Below are positions 1 to 13,449 of a stretch of DNA of 64,000 bases, in pieces. The notes beneath the pieces were generated by a model. It did no database searches, was not told the origin of the DNA, and saw nothing but the letters and a program-made list of their open reading frames with translations. The DNA comes from Camelus dromedarius (taxonomy: Eukaryota). The stretch covers positions 27,034,001-27,098,000 of the forward strand of contig NC_087436.1 in the NCBI RefSeq assembly GCF_036321535.1, in the 5' to 3' direction. Position 1 is the stretch's first letter. The number at the start of each line of letters is the position of its first letter. The position numbers and the translations under genes are program-made.

Positions 1-289
1 ATACATAGATAGAATATGAATGAAATTTGTAAGAGTTTTCTCTTTAATATTTTTTCAAATGTAGTGTAAGTTTAAGGTATTTCAAAATAAAAAGGTAAAA
101 ATAAATCTGAGGAGAACATGGGGCGCAGCATGCTGCCATGAACCTCAAATTCACAGATTCATTTACGTAAGTGAAGAGAAGTGAAGAGGTCATGACTTAG
201 AAAGAACATCATGGCAGCAGGGATCAAAGAGGATGCTTACAATACTTCCTGACACCCAATTTTGTGGAATGTGGAAAATGAGCCACCCC

Positions 290-400
290 AGGGAGAGGGG
301 TGCAAAGACGGTAATAGCTCAGCACCCTTTTAGTATGCATGATATTCAGGATTCAATCCCCAGTACTTCCATTTTTTAAAAAAAGTATTAAAAAAAAGAA
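290..400 (+). mobile_element. tRNA-derived SINE, degenerate, resembling camelid Vic-1
   Basis: A-box-like TAGCTCAG, B-box-like GGATTCAATCCCCAGTACTTCCA and an A-rich tail. Flanked by a near-direct repeat AAATGAGCCACC (~276-287) / AAATGAGCAACC (~404-415), consistent with a TSD. Confidence 0.75.
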
Positions 401-1477
401 AGGAAATGAGCAACCTCTACTTGAGAGAGCTTAAGATAAAGTGCTGTATTCAGGAAAATGGTAAACTAAAATTATTTTATTACTATTATTGGAATAGAGA
501 CTAGATTCTCAAGCAAAGATAAAGGTAAGCTCATATATGAATAAATTGATTTTTTTCAGTTAGTATTGAAATTAAACATACATTATGTAGTTATTGTTTC
601 TGTGTGAAACTAAGTGGCTCCTATTGGGACTGGGCATAGATACTTGGCCTCATTATACCAACGAACTGAGCCAAATGCCCAGACCCAGTAAGCCTACACT
701 CTACAAACTGAGTGATTAACAGTATGGATTTGGGGAAAAGAAATTGATAAATTAGTAAAATAGGTCCCAGTTTGGAAAACATAACCCAGTGAGAGTAAAG
801 TAAATAATGCACTCAAATTTCAACTAAAATAATATTTTTTTTACGCTTGATTTAATTTTAAGTCCAGGTTTTATTAATTCAATTCCACGATGACTGTAGC
901 ATATTATGAAGATGAAACAAAATGCAATTTAAACTTGATTTTCCTACTTTCTGTATTCTGCATTGTCTATTTTGAAGATAATATCTAAATTTAATCTTAC
1001 TGTACAAATAGCAGTGAAATAGAAATTTAAAAATAGTGCAACCTCTCTATTTGTCTGAATATAGGGAGCATAGTAATTAATAAAAGTATTTTAACTGGTT
1101 AAATTTATTTTTAAATGTAATTATGTGGAGTTAGATGATGTATTTATTTGGAGTTGGATGGAACAGTTGACCATATTCTAACATTCAATTAAGTATTCCT
1201 GTGGCATAAATCAAATTATTAATTTTGAAATTACTTCTTGAAAAATGCTTTGTTTATAAGTGATAAACCCAAATTATTTTGACAGCATTCTGTAATTTGT
1301 CCTGTGGCTTCTCCTGAGAACTGAAATTACTCAATATCTTAGTGAATGTTAACTCATTATCAGGTAGTGTCTTGGACAAAGTTATTAGGGGACAATTAAA
1401 ATTGTCTTAGATTTCAAGGATATTGACGTACATTCGAGGACATGCTGTATGAAAGATGTGTTCTATGACACTGAAAA

Positions 1478-1952
1478 CATATCAGTCAGAGTCCCAGCTG
1501 GAGGCGTATGATATATGCAAATTAAGGTAATCTGAAGTTTTTTTTTTCTTTTTAATATGGGGATTCCTTATAAAGATGTTAGTGAGGTGGAGTGGAATCT
1601 TAAATGTCAGTGCAGATTCCAGCACTAACAGAAATGGAAAAAAATGAAGGGAGGGTGGGGTTATGGATACATAGGAAAGAAATGGCTTTGAAGATTTGTC
1701 GTCTGTATTCAAGGAATACAGCCAGCTGGTGTTGACTCTCTTGGGAGGGATCCTGAGGCTAGTTTTCCTGACCTATCTCTCCTTCATCCTTCAGTGTTCC
1801 TCTTGAAGCTCACCATTGATGCAGCTCAACCAGAAGCCAGAGGGCCTGAGAGTCCTGCAGACATAGCCCGCATGTGTGGCTGTCTTGGGTCAAGAGCAGG
1901 GCTGGCAAGGTAGGAAAGTGGACGTGGAGGAAGAAGCAAGAAACAGCTATAT
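1478..1952 (-). mobile_element. ERVL-class solo LTR (LTR33-like), old
   Basis: Begins ATCAGTCAGAGTCCCAGC...CAAATTAAGGTAAT and ends CAACCAGAAGCCAGAGGGC...GTGGACGTGGAGG, matching the recalled LTR33/LTR16 pattern. Confidence 0.6.
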
Positions 1953-2117
1953 TTAGAAGAGTTTGAGCATTGATGAACAACCCAATAAGAATAATTTTCT
2001 CTTTGGAGCTGAGTCTGAAATTTATTTAGGGGTAAAAACAAGCAAAATGTGCACATAAGGAACAGGTTCAAAAGGAAAATTTCAGCTACCTGTTTTCATT
2101 TTGATCTTAATCATAAC

Positions 2118-2477
2118 AGTCTTAGACCATCGGGGCTGCTCTAATGAAATAGATGTAGTGGCTTATAGACAACAGAAATGTAATGCTCACAATTATGAAG
2201 ACTGGGAAGTCCAAGATCAAGACACGGATAGATTTGTTGTCTGATGAGAGCCTGATTCCTGGTTAATAGATAGCTGTCTTTTGGCTGTGTCCTCGCATGG
2301 CAGAAGCAGGGAGGGAAATCCCTGCAGACTTTTTTATAAGGGTACTAATCCCATTCATGAGGGCCCTGCTCTTATGACCTAATCAACTCCCCCCAAACCC
2401 ACCTCCAAATAACATCACAATGGGGATAATTCTCAACCTATGAATTTTGGGAAACTCAAATACTCAGTCTATAAGCA
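2118..2477 (-). mobile_element. MaLR solo LTR (MLT1A-like)
   Basis: Diagnostic CTGGGAAGTCCAAGATCAAG and TATAAGGGTACTAATCCCATTCATGAGGG. Exact 5-bp TSD ATAAC at 2113-2117 and 2478-2482. Confidence 0.9.
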
Positions 2478-3036
2478 ATAACTAAACAGCAAATGAATTC
2501 AAAAAGAGGAAAAGTGTAATAGACAAATCCAAGTTACAATTATCTAGCCTGGAGTGTGGGGGGTCCTGCATGAAATCTTTCACAGAGAGTTTCTTATATC
2601 TCCCTAGGTACACACATTATGTATTTGCACACACACAGTGTGTGTGTAAGTACGTACGATGTATAATCCACACTGTGTATCATACATAATTTATATTTTC
2701 ACTGATTGTCACATAATACTCAAGAAATAGGATTACTGAACAATGCCTTATAGAGAGAACCACAGTAATTAATCCACTCAGATAGGCTGTTTATTTCAAG
2801 TGCTCCAGTTAGTGCTAGTTATATTTGTTATCCTGCAGCTGTACCTATAAATATTAGCAGTTTAAGACACAGACAGTCACTCTTACCTGTAACTACATTC
2901 TGGAATTCACAAATCTATACATTAAAAAGCCCAAGAAATTATTCTCTTTACACATTTTGCTATGATTGATTCTATATTAGTTACAGATGCTTCAGTTTGG
3001 ATAACCAAGAAAGAAAATGATTGTAAAGCATTAGAC

Positions 3037-4224
3037 TTTTTTTTAATTGAAGTATAATGAACATAACTATATATTAGTTTCAGGTATATGATGTAGTGAT
3101 TCAACATTTATATATACTACAAATTGATCACCATGAAGTAACCGTCTGTCACCAAAGTTACTGCAATTTTATCAACTATATTTCCTGCAGTGTACATTAT
3201 ATCCCTATGAATTATTGATTTTATAACAGGAAGTTTATACCTCTTACTCTCCTTTACCTATTTTGCTCATCACTCCCACCCTCATCCTCTCTGGCTACCA
3301 CCAGTTTTTTTCTCTGTGTCTGTGAGTCTATTTCTGTTTTGTTTTTTTAGATTCCACATATAAGTGAAATCATATGGTATTTGTCTTTTTCTGACTTATT
3401 TTACTTAGCATAATGTTCTCTTGGACCATCTTTGTTGTCACAGATGACAAGATTTCTTCTTTTTAAGGCTGAATAATATTCTATTGTGTATATATACCAC
3501 ATCTTCTTTATCCATTCATCTATCAATGAACACTTAGGTTGTGTCCATATATTGGCTATTGTAAACAATGCTACAGTGAACATAGGGCTACATGTATCTT
3601 CTTAAATTAGTGTTTTTATTTTCTTCAGAAAAATACGCAGAAGTGGAATTACTGGATCACATAGTAGTTCTACTTTTTAGTTTTTGAAGAACCTCCATAC
3701 TGTTTTCCATAGCAGCAGCACCAATTTACGTTCCCAGCAACAGTGCAAGAGGGTTCCCTTTTCTCCACATCCAGCTGAACACTTGTTATTTGTTGTCTTT
3801 TTGATAATTGCCATTCTGACAGATGTGAGGTAATACCTCCCTGTGTTTTTGATTTGCATTTCACTGGTGATCAGTGATACTGAGCGTCTTTTCATGTGTC
3901 TATTGGCCATCTGTAAATCTTCCTTAGAAAAATATCTATTCACGTCCTCTGCTCATTTTTTAATCAGATTTTTTTTTATGTTGAGTTGTGTAAGTTCTTT
4001 ATATACTTTGGGTATTAACCATTGTTAGATATCTCATTTGCAAATATCTTCCCTCATTCAGTAGGCTGCCTTTTTGTTTTCTTGATGGTTTCCTTCCCTG
4101 TGCAAAAGTTTTTTAATTTGCTGTAGTCCCATCTGTTCAGTTTTGCTTTTGTTGCCCTTGCCTAAGAAGACAGATCCAAAAAAATATTGCTGAGACAGAT
4201 ATAAAATGGGATTTATTCCAGGGA
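3037..4224 (-). mobile_element. 5'-truncated LINE-1 (ORF2 C-terminus + 3'UTR, L1MA9-like) with a short inverted 5' piece
   Basis: Poly-T at 3037. Minus ORFs 3677-3943 ([18 protein letters not shown]...[12 protein letters not shown]) and 3401-3583 (WTQPKCSLIDEWIKKMWYIYTIEYY) are ORF2p C-terminal sequence. TSD-like CATTAGA(C/T)TTTT at 3029 and 4227. Confidence 0.93.
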
Positions 4225-7200
4225 ACCATTAGATTTTTATATCACTTTTATAATGAAATACAATTTTTTGAAATATAAACATCATAAGATGACTAATTTT
4301 CAAATTATTTAATGATTAATAGTAAAACTCTTCTGATTATACAATGAGCAAGTACGAAATTTATAAACATTAATAATTATGACAAATGTAGAAAATGCAA
4401 AAGCAAAATGACACTAAAATACTGATGAAAGTCAGTAAATGGTCTTATTACTAAATGGAGAAAGGAGAAGGTAGTGATAAACTTTAGATTTTGGAAATTT
4501 CCTTTCAGGAAACAAATTTTAGTTATGCTTTATTTTCTTTATTCTAGCATTGCAGCTCCCTATCCATAGATATTCTAAATGTGTTTATTTGATAATGAAA
4601 CTTTGTTACTATACAACAGTAACTGATTTATCAAAGGGAAGTATAATTGAAAGTTTTAAAATAGATCACTGAGTCATAATTTAAATATAATTGTTAATTT
4701 GATTTAGTTGAATTAAAATTGTGACTGAGGTAATATTTTTCAAATGTATATATCTCAAAGCTTTCACAAAACTTATTTTCAACAAACTGTTACTTAATTG
4801 TGTAGTGTTAGTTTATAAATGAATAAACTAAAATGTTCCCATTAAAGTATCATTTTATCATTTTTAAAAACATCGGCAAAAATAGTGAGCTTTATCTTTT
4901 AGTCAGTTTTTAAAAACTGAATGCATGATATTTCAAATGATTATTTCTGAGTCATTGAAGTAATGTCATTAACTCCATTCTTTGATTACTATTAGTCTTG
5001 TAACAATAATCATGAGGAAAATTTTTTCTTGTGTTTTTAAAAAGCACATTAATAATCAGATTTAAAAATCAATTTTAAAAGTGTCAGTGAAATGTGATTA
5101 TGGAATTAAAAATCCCACAGTCTAAAAAAATAAGAGAATTCAGGTAAAGACACAGTAAAGAGAACAGTTTTATATAATATGAAAAGGTTGGCTAATAAAC
5201 TAATCATATAGATTCTACAATTCTGATTTTCACAAAACTCTTCATGTAAGGAAGCTAGGTGATTATGTTTTATAGATTATGAATTTAAAATAGTCTAATA
5301 AATAGTGGGGAATGCTGGTAGTGTGGAAAAATAATTCTTTATTAAAAACCCAGAAGATAAATTTATTACTATATATCCTTTTTATTACCTAAACTGAAAT
5401 TAAATTTTATATGATAGCTACTGCCTTCATTATTCTAATCATGACCTTAGTTTTTATTCAAAATATTTATTTGCAGGGGAGGAGCACTGCAATTAATTAA
5501 AGTTTAAGTATTTAGTTCGTATAAAGAACTGGACACACCAAAAACCAAACTCATATATCTGTTTTAAATAGATTATACTATAGAAAAAGAGAATTATTGA
5601 TCAATCATGGTTTAATGAAGTTCAACTATGCCTTCCATTGACTGTATTTTAATCAACCCCCAAGAGGAAAAAAGGGCATATGAGGGATTCCCAGAAATGA
5701 GTGTGAAGAGGAGTAGCAACCAAAATGGAAAAGTTCATAGCAGCTTTCAGGAGAATACATAGAAAATGTATTCAATCAGTAATTCAGGGAAACTTTTTCT
5801 TTCTATGATTTGAGTTATTCATCTATAGATATCTATTAATTGATATGTTAAATATCCAGAACTCCAGGGAGAAATAATAAAAACTGTGTACATTAGGAAA
5901 TTATATCTAAAAAATAGTTTCATTATTTTGTGCTTTAAAGAACCAAGTTGATAAGTAAATACATACTATAATATAATTTGAATGATATTTAATTTCTCAT
6001 TGACTCAAGTCTATAAAATATAAAAAATCCAATGCTATAGATGTTAAGTATTTTTTAAAGAAAAGATAATAAAGGAAATAAATATTTATGACTAACAGAC
6101 TTCTCAAAGAACAGTTTATAAATGCAAGTTCATACAACTAGAAATGATGTCTGAATGTAAGAAACAGAGCATTGGAAGTCATTCCATATTTAGGGGCTGG
6201 GAAAACATTACATATGTATCATGAGTTTATAAAAATCATTAAAATCATTTGCCTGAAACAAATTTTAATAGACTTTATTAATTGGCTTTGGTTGGTCAGT
6301 TTGTTGTAATTTCATGAGCTGGTAAATCTCCTTTAGAAATTGGTGATTTGCCTAACTTTTCAGCTTTTTATTATCTATTCACACATAGTTTGAAGGGAAG
6401 ATTCATGTACAATGTACCAATTTACATTGGCTCTGCTAATTATCTTTATTATTATTACTATTGTTATTATTTATATGTTTCCTGATTTCATTTTGTTACC
6501 ATTACGTAGCTCTCTTTATTTTCTTATTTTCACCATATCTTGCTTTTGTTAATTGTTTAAATAAAATGTATCTTGTCTGGAGACTTAAAAAATTCAGTAG
6601 CTTTTCAATTTTTTTGTAACTGTAATTATTGCAGAACCTTTAAGCCAGAACATAACCAAATGGAGGTTGTAAAATAATTTAAATACATTAAAGTGAATTA
6701 GTCTTGACTTGTGTATTCTAAGATACCTGTGGGCACCGTTAGATTACTTCCTGACACAATTGTAGTCACAAGAGCAGGAGATCAAAGAGATTCCTCTCCT
6801 TTTCAGTACTTCTAGGGTTTGGATTTCACATACCATTATTTCTATAGCAAATGCTCCATTCTCATCTTTTGTCTCTTTTTATTTTACCTGTCTCCATCTT
6901 ATAACAAATAATAGCCTTTAGAGAACTTCAAAAGAGTTTTGTACTTTAGAGGAAGAAAGGCAAAAAAAAAAAAAAAACATGAGAAATTAGATTAACTTTT
7001 ATGAGAATAAACAGATTAATACAGCAGAAAAGGAACACATTATTTAATGGAATCTGAAGAAAAATAGGAAGTCTGGGACATGCAAGAAGTTAATAGCATT
7101 TATGATCAATGCAAGTCTGCAGTATTTTTTCTCCCTTCTTAAAGAGGATCGACCCAGATTACAGGGATGCTCACGAATATCATAAATGTGGGATCCTTCT

Positions 7201-7889
7201 TCCCAACAGTATTGCAGAAAGGTATTCAAGGTGCTCTAGTTTAGAGGTTAAATGTGACTTTCCCAGGACTTTTATAGCACTATTAGGACTAATATCTAAT
7301 TACAGATGGAAAAAAATATGGTTTTGTCTAGGACTAAAGAATGATAAACATTGTGTGTGTGTTTTAATAGGAAAATACACCTGAGCTCCAAAGACCCTAT
7401 TAAGAAAGGATACTTGGGGTATAGCCATTTGGATGTTGGGGGTCAATCAATACCAATTTTCATTTTACTTTAAACAATCCAAGGTCGTTAGTTGGAACTG
7501 TATGATATCAAAATAAGAACCTGAAAAACAAAAAGATTATTCTTACAGATATATTATTTTACATATACAAGTTTTTAAAAGAGTTTACTGATATTTTAAG
7601 TTTAGCGAATTTATGAAAAGTACATATATACAAAATATCCATATACCTTTGCAATTATATTTATTATCAGTCATTTTTATAAAAATAAGAAGAAATTGGA
7701 TTTCCACAGAATTTTCTTCAAATATAATGAATGTTTCAGACAAGGATATAAAGGTTAAGTATTGCAGGGTATATATATATATAATACATATTTTTTTGAC
7801 ATATAAAGGAAAATATTCCCTAAAATTCTTACAAAAGAAATCCTTAAAAATCACATTTTAAAGTCTAATCAACCTTCTTTTGAATAGCT

Positions 7890-10040
7890 TAGTTCATAAA
7901 AAATTAATGAAAGATCCAAACCTAATCTCCCATCAAATCCTTGGCTAACCCCTGAACAAGATGCCATGGAGCTTGGTGAAAAAACACATCTCAAAGCATG
8001 AATAAGTTGAACAGACATTTATAGCTACTTAATACAAGGCACATATTTAGCAGTTTGAGTATCTTCAACATAGAGGGCCTTGGGAACCACATCAGTCTTT
8101 CCAGTGAAACCTTAAAAGAACTTTGCCTAACAAGTGGAGATTGCATTACGGATCCATGGATTCTATGGAAGATAAGAGCAAAAGTGAAACAGGCCCACTC
8201 TAAAGCCCTAAATTCAAAACTTTATACAAGTTAAAGGTGAGCAGCCAAAAGTTTCACCATCTGCTTGAACAGAAATCATTTCTCTTCAGTGAAAATAGAA
8301 TAACCAAGAGTCAACAATATATCATCCAAAAGTGTCCAATAAACCATAAAGATGACTAGGTATATGATGGAGTAGGGCATATGACTACGACTCATGGACA
8401 ATAGAAAATAAATAAAAATAGATCCTAAGAAAACCAGAGATAGAAATTAGCAGTCAGAGGGTTTAAAGCAGCTATTGTAAATATGTTTAAATACCCGAAA
8501 AAAAAAAATCTTAATAAGTAAAAAAAAAAAAAAAAAAAAAGGGAAAGAAAAATTTTAAAACAACAAAATTGAAGATTTAAGAAATTAAAATTTACTGGAT
8601 GTGACTAACAGGATATTGAAGATGACAAAAGAAAGGTTCTGTGATCTTGAAGATAGATTAATAGAAATTATCCAATATAGATTACAGAGAGAAAAACAGA
8701 TTGAAAAAACGAATAAATTGGATGTCCAATAGGTCTAATGTATGTTTAATTACAGTCCCAGGAGAGGAGAGAAAAATATGAGAAAGAGAAAAAATATATA
8801 CATATTGAAATAAAGACAAAGATGTCCAAAGCATGAAGGAAAACACAAATATACAGATTTATGTCACTCCAAAATCCTAAAGCAGGCTAAATGAAAATAA
8901 AATCACACCTAGGCATATTATAATTAAATCTCTTAAAAGGAGAGATAAAAATAAATATCTGGAAAGCAGCCAAAGAAATAATGACACACTGAATATAGAA
9001 GAATAATGATACAGATAATAGTGAAATTCTCGAGAATCAGAAAAAAACAAATGCTGGCACACTGTGAACCAATGTCTTTAGGGTATATATTGGACAAACA
9101 AACAAGTAAAAACAAAAATTCTATATCCAGTCAAAATGTCTTCAAAAAGGAAAATAAATCAAAAATATATTCAGAAAAGTAAAGAAAACAATTTGTCACC
9201 AAAAGACCTGCAACACAAAAACTGCTGTGGGAAATTTTCAGACAGAAGCATATGACTCCAGATGGAACTGATCAAAGGACAGACTCAAGACACTAGATTG
9301 ATAGGTTGGATAAATGAGAAAGACTAAGTTTGTGTTTCTTCTCTAATTAATTACTTTAATTATAGAACTGATAATTTAATGCAAAAAATATAACATTTTA
9401 TGGTTAAGTTTATAGAATATATAGATGTAAAGTATATGGCCATGGTGCAACAAATTTGAGATAAATGAACAACTATTGTTGCAATGTGCTTACATTTTGC
9501 ATAAAGCACTGAAAGATTAACTTTATATTCTAATAAATTAAAAATACGCAGAATAATCCCAAGAGCAATAACAAATTAGATATGGAACTGGATAGCACAA
9601 AGAAATTTAAGTGGAATATTAAAAAGAAAACAGTTGTTCAATCCAAGAGAATGATGGAAAGGAGATAAATAGAAACAGAAAAGCGAATAAATATAGACAG
9701 ATAAATGATATATATAGAGATAGATAGTAGGAGAATGGTAAATATTAGTCCAACTACATTATAATAACATCAGATAAACAGAATTAACAGTATATAATTC
9801 AATTGAAAAGTATATATCATCAGACCTAATTTTAAAATAACAATAATAATTTAAGCCGGGAATAATTATTCCTTTCACTAAGAGATATGCACTTTAAATA
9901 TAAGTATACAAATACTTTTAAAGTAAAATAAAATCTATGCAAACATTAAACATAAGAAAGGTAGTGTGTCTACATTAATAAAATAAACTTCAAGACAAAC
10001 CGTATGACAAAAGATAAAGGAGAACATTTAATATAAGGTT
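7890..10040 (+). mobile_element. Old LINE-1 (L1M-type) 5' region, ORF1 remnant and start of ORF2
   Basis: A-rich; typical ORF1-region strings TTTAAAGCAGCTATTGTAAATATG, GATCTTGAAGATAGATTAATAGAAATTATCCAA and CACACCTAGGCATATTATAATTAAA; endonuclease-start-like AAACTTCAAGACAAA...AAAGATAAAG. Confidence 0.75.
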
Positions 10041-11939
10041 AGAAAAGAAACTTTCTGAGGACTATTCTTCAAATAAGCCTTGTCTACAATTATCACTCAC
10101 ATATTCAGAATATCTATTTTATTATCCCATACCAGAAAATGTTTCCTGATCTAGGATTTGTATGGATTTAATATTGTAAAGTACCTAATGTTCAAACTGT
10201 CATCATTCAAAATACCTGTTTGAGCTTGAACTGTGTAGTTTTTAGCTGTCATTTATTTGTAAGTCAATGTCATAAGAAGTAAGAGGTAATATTAATGCTA
10301 CATGACAGATGCTAGAGAATTCTTGTTCTGATCTGCACAAGCTCTTGTGGAACAATGGGAAATCAGAGGAAGAATAAGAGGTCATCGGCAGCCAAACCTG
10401 GTCAGCAAGATATAGAATCCTTCATCTTTCTTTTGTTCCCTCAGTCCTACTCTCATCTTTCAATTAGATTATTATGAATAGATTCAACAGAAAATAAATG
10501 GAGCTATCAAAAATTAATTTTTTTCAGGCTACTTCCCTGAATTTCCAGACAAATATTAGTATTTGAGCTAAGATATATCAGAAGACATCTGGGACACTAA
10601 GATATTAATAAACTTTACTGTGAAATCATTGATGTATTGAGGCTGGAGTATATACAGCCCCTTGCATAGTGAAGATCTGTTAGACAAATTGTACCCTCTT
10701 TCTATTCCCAAAACTAATCTGTTTAAGGAGCAGAGAAAGATACATTTGCCTACACTAAACCATGCTAGAAACAGTCTATCCATGTTACTAATAATCCTAA
10801 AACATTTACTTAAGAATTCTTACCTTTAAAAGAAGAATTGTTCTTTTCACAGACTTTATATATGTAACACATATGTATATATACACACACTCACAACATA
10901 TATATAAATGATATGATATATATATGTATGCTATTAATAAATATAATGAATGTAGTCATCTTCTTCATACTTGGTAATATTGACCTACTAGAGGGGCTGA
11001 AATAAAAGAAAAAAATGATGTATTCTCTAAGATTCAAAGTAAACGAGTAATAGATAATGAGTGTTGGCTATTCACCTACAAGCTTAAGTGTTTGTCAGAG
11101 CATGGGGAAATCATGCCAACAAGATTTACAGTTACTGTCCTGTTTTCAACCTGAAGATTTAAGGATTGAATTGTCTTCTTTTACCAAGAGAAATGCAGCT
11201 GTATACCTTTAAATATTAGCATGTGTCTGACTAATACAGAGATTAGTTTCTTTCCATTGCTATTTTTAAAATAATAATTTTAAGTTCACAACTTTGATAT
11301 AAAAATTCAGATATTTAAAATAACATTTCAAACAGTTTAAAATACATAAGCTAAAAAATAGCTAATGATAATTGTTTTGAATCAGTTTTGAATATCAAAT
11401 TCGAAATTCAGCTATTAATGAGTTAATCATTGTATCTTTAAGGAAATTAACCATAATCTTGACAGTATGTCATGTACATAGTTGAAACTATAACGTTACT
11501 TTGACTAGAACTGATAAAACATTTTAATAGACTGCTTAATTTTAAAAAATACCTAATTTACTGAATTTTTTGAATTTTATACTCAGATTGAATGATTTTA
11601 CTTTCATTAAGCAATATATTGTTTAACTGAGTTTTCTTTCTTGACTAAGGTTCATTATGGTCAAAAACATTAAAGGTGCTATGGGCACCTACTGCATGAA
11701 ATGTGTGTTTCAGTGCCCACCATCTACTGAGGTCTGGGTAGGAAAAGACTGGTGAAGGCACGGACGGGCATAGTAGGAGAGAACACAGGTGACCCCAGAC
11801 CAGATATCTCCGAGAGTTAGCCCATACACCAGCCTACACTTGCCACAGTGTGGAGTTGTCATTTCAACTTGAGTGAGTATTAACATTACATATGTCCCCA
11901 TTTTTTCCCATGAGGAACCCTGAGTGACTATTGTACATG

Positions 11940-12530
11940 GAAAAGTTATGAGAGACATCTCTGAGGAAGCATCATTTGAAAAATGCTTATGTGAGACAGT
12001 GAGAAGATCTTTGGGAAGAGTTTCTCTGGTGAAGACAATCTCAAGCACAAAGTTCCTAGGTAAGATGCTTGCAGGGCACTGTAGAAGTTTGGATCTTATT
12101 CTAACTTCGATGAAAAGCTGTAGAATAGTTTTTTACTTTGAAAGGATCACTCCAGATAAGGAGTTGTATAGAGCTCTCTGAAATGAGAGATTGTGCAATT
12201 GAGTCTGTATTTTGAAGGTTGAACTGACAGTATTTGATGATGGATAGGAGCAGTAGGAGGAGGAAAATCAAAGATTCTCATGTTTGGAAATGAGCCCCGG
12301 GATGAATAATGGTGCAGTTTACCAGGATACGGAATACAGGGAGGAACAAAGTGGTACTGGAACATGGTAGACTTGAAACAAGGTATTTGCAGACGTTACT
12401 TGAATTTCCTATTAAATATCCAAATAAAAATCAAGAAAGAGGTAAGAGCAAGAAGAATATAGGAATTTCAAGCTCAGGAGAGAGTCATAACTAGAGAAAT
12501 AAATGTGTTTGTTATCAGCAGCTTATCTGT
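11940..12530 (-). mobile_element. LINE-2 fragment
   Basis: Purine-rich L2 antisense strings TTTGAAAGGATCACTC, ATTTTGAAGGTTGAACTGACAG and AGCTCAGGAGAGAG. Confidence 0.7.
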
Positions 12531-13449
12531 GTCATGTGAAACATAAGTGAAGATGAGTGTGGAAATTAGTGAAGGGCTTTGAATGCAAAATATAAAATTA
12601 CCTTAGGAAATAGAGAATTATTCAATAATTTGAATTTTTAAAGCATGAAATATTAAAATTTATGATTTGTTAAATATTTATCACTATATAAATAATATTA
12701 ATTTCTTTTATTGAAAGTATATGTTTTCACAAAATTATGTGGAAAATAACATACAAAAAGGAGATAAAAATCTTCATTGTTGATAGGGTTAGAAGAAAAA
12801 TTTCCTGTTGTCATTTGTTCTTTTACTTAATAGGCATGCATGATTTTTTAAATTGTCAAATATATTCTTTGTAAATTGTACATTATAGGGATTAATCTGC
12901 TGGTGGTGTACAGCATAAATTAGCATCAACTAGGGGCACTGTGTGACAGTAGAGCTAGATCATCATTTGAAAGATACTTGCATCACTAGATCCTGACAAT
13001 AAAATGGAAAAAGCTCTTGGTTATGAAGAAAGGGTTTTTTGTGTGTGTGTATGTCAAATTAAAAAAAAAATTATATCTTGGGGAAAATCACCACACAATC
13101 TTGATATTTTGATGATGAATAAATACAGAACTGGCCCTTGATTGATACCTCTGTGCTTTGCCTTACATATTGGCAAACTAAAACCGTGATTAAACACATG
13201 TATTCACCCCTTTTTACACATGCAAATATGTGATTAAAAGTGACTGAAAAAATATATATAACTGTGTTGATTAGTATCAATTTAATTCAGGATAACAATG
13301 TTCAAAAGAGCCTGTAAAGATACCAGACATGGATGCAACTTTTAACTTGTTAAATCACCCCCACCCAAACTATGGGACTGTTTCATACCTGGTCCTTTAT
13401 TGTCAGTCCTTCCATATACTCATACCCACTCACACCCTGCTTCCTCCCT

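Noticed and set aside
310..375. Functional tRNA gene
   Set aside because: No complete cloverleaf; the A-tail and TSD identify it as a SINE.
2887..2914. 28-nt minus-strand microexon (ICEFQNVVT) with a GTAAGA donor
   Set aside because: Not frame-preserving, no partner exons and peptide unrecognised.
3401..4028. ORFs 3401-3583, 3670-3864, 3677-3943 and 3843-4028 as genes
   Set aside because: They are broken LINE-1 ORF2 C-terminal frames or their alternative/antisense frames. The same applies to 40406-41015 and 58085-58291.
243..6757. Exact 13-mer TACTTCCTGACAC at 243-255 and 6745-6757
   Set aside because: Many 13-mer pairs are expected by chance in 64 kb.
11710..12494. Cluster of overlapping ORFs
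   Set aside because: Largely overlaps an L2 remnant; the peptides are unrecognisable.
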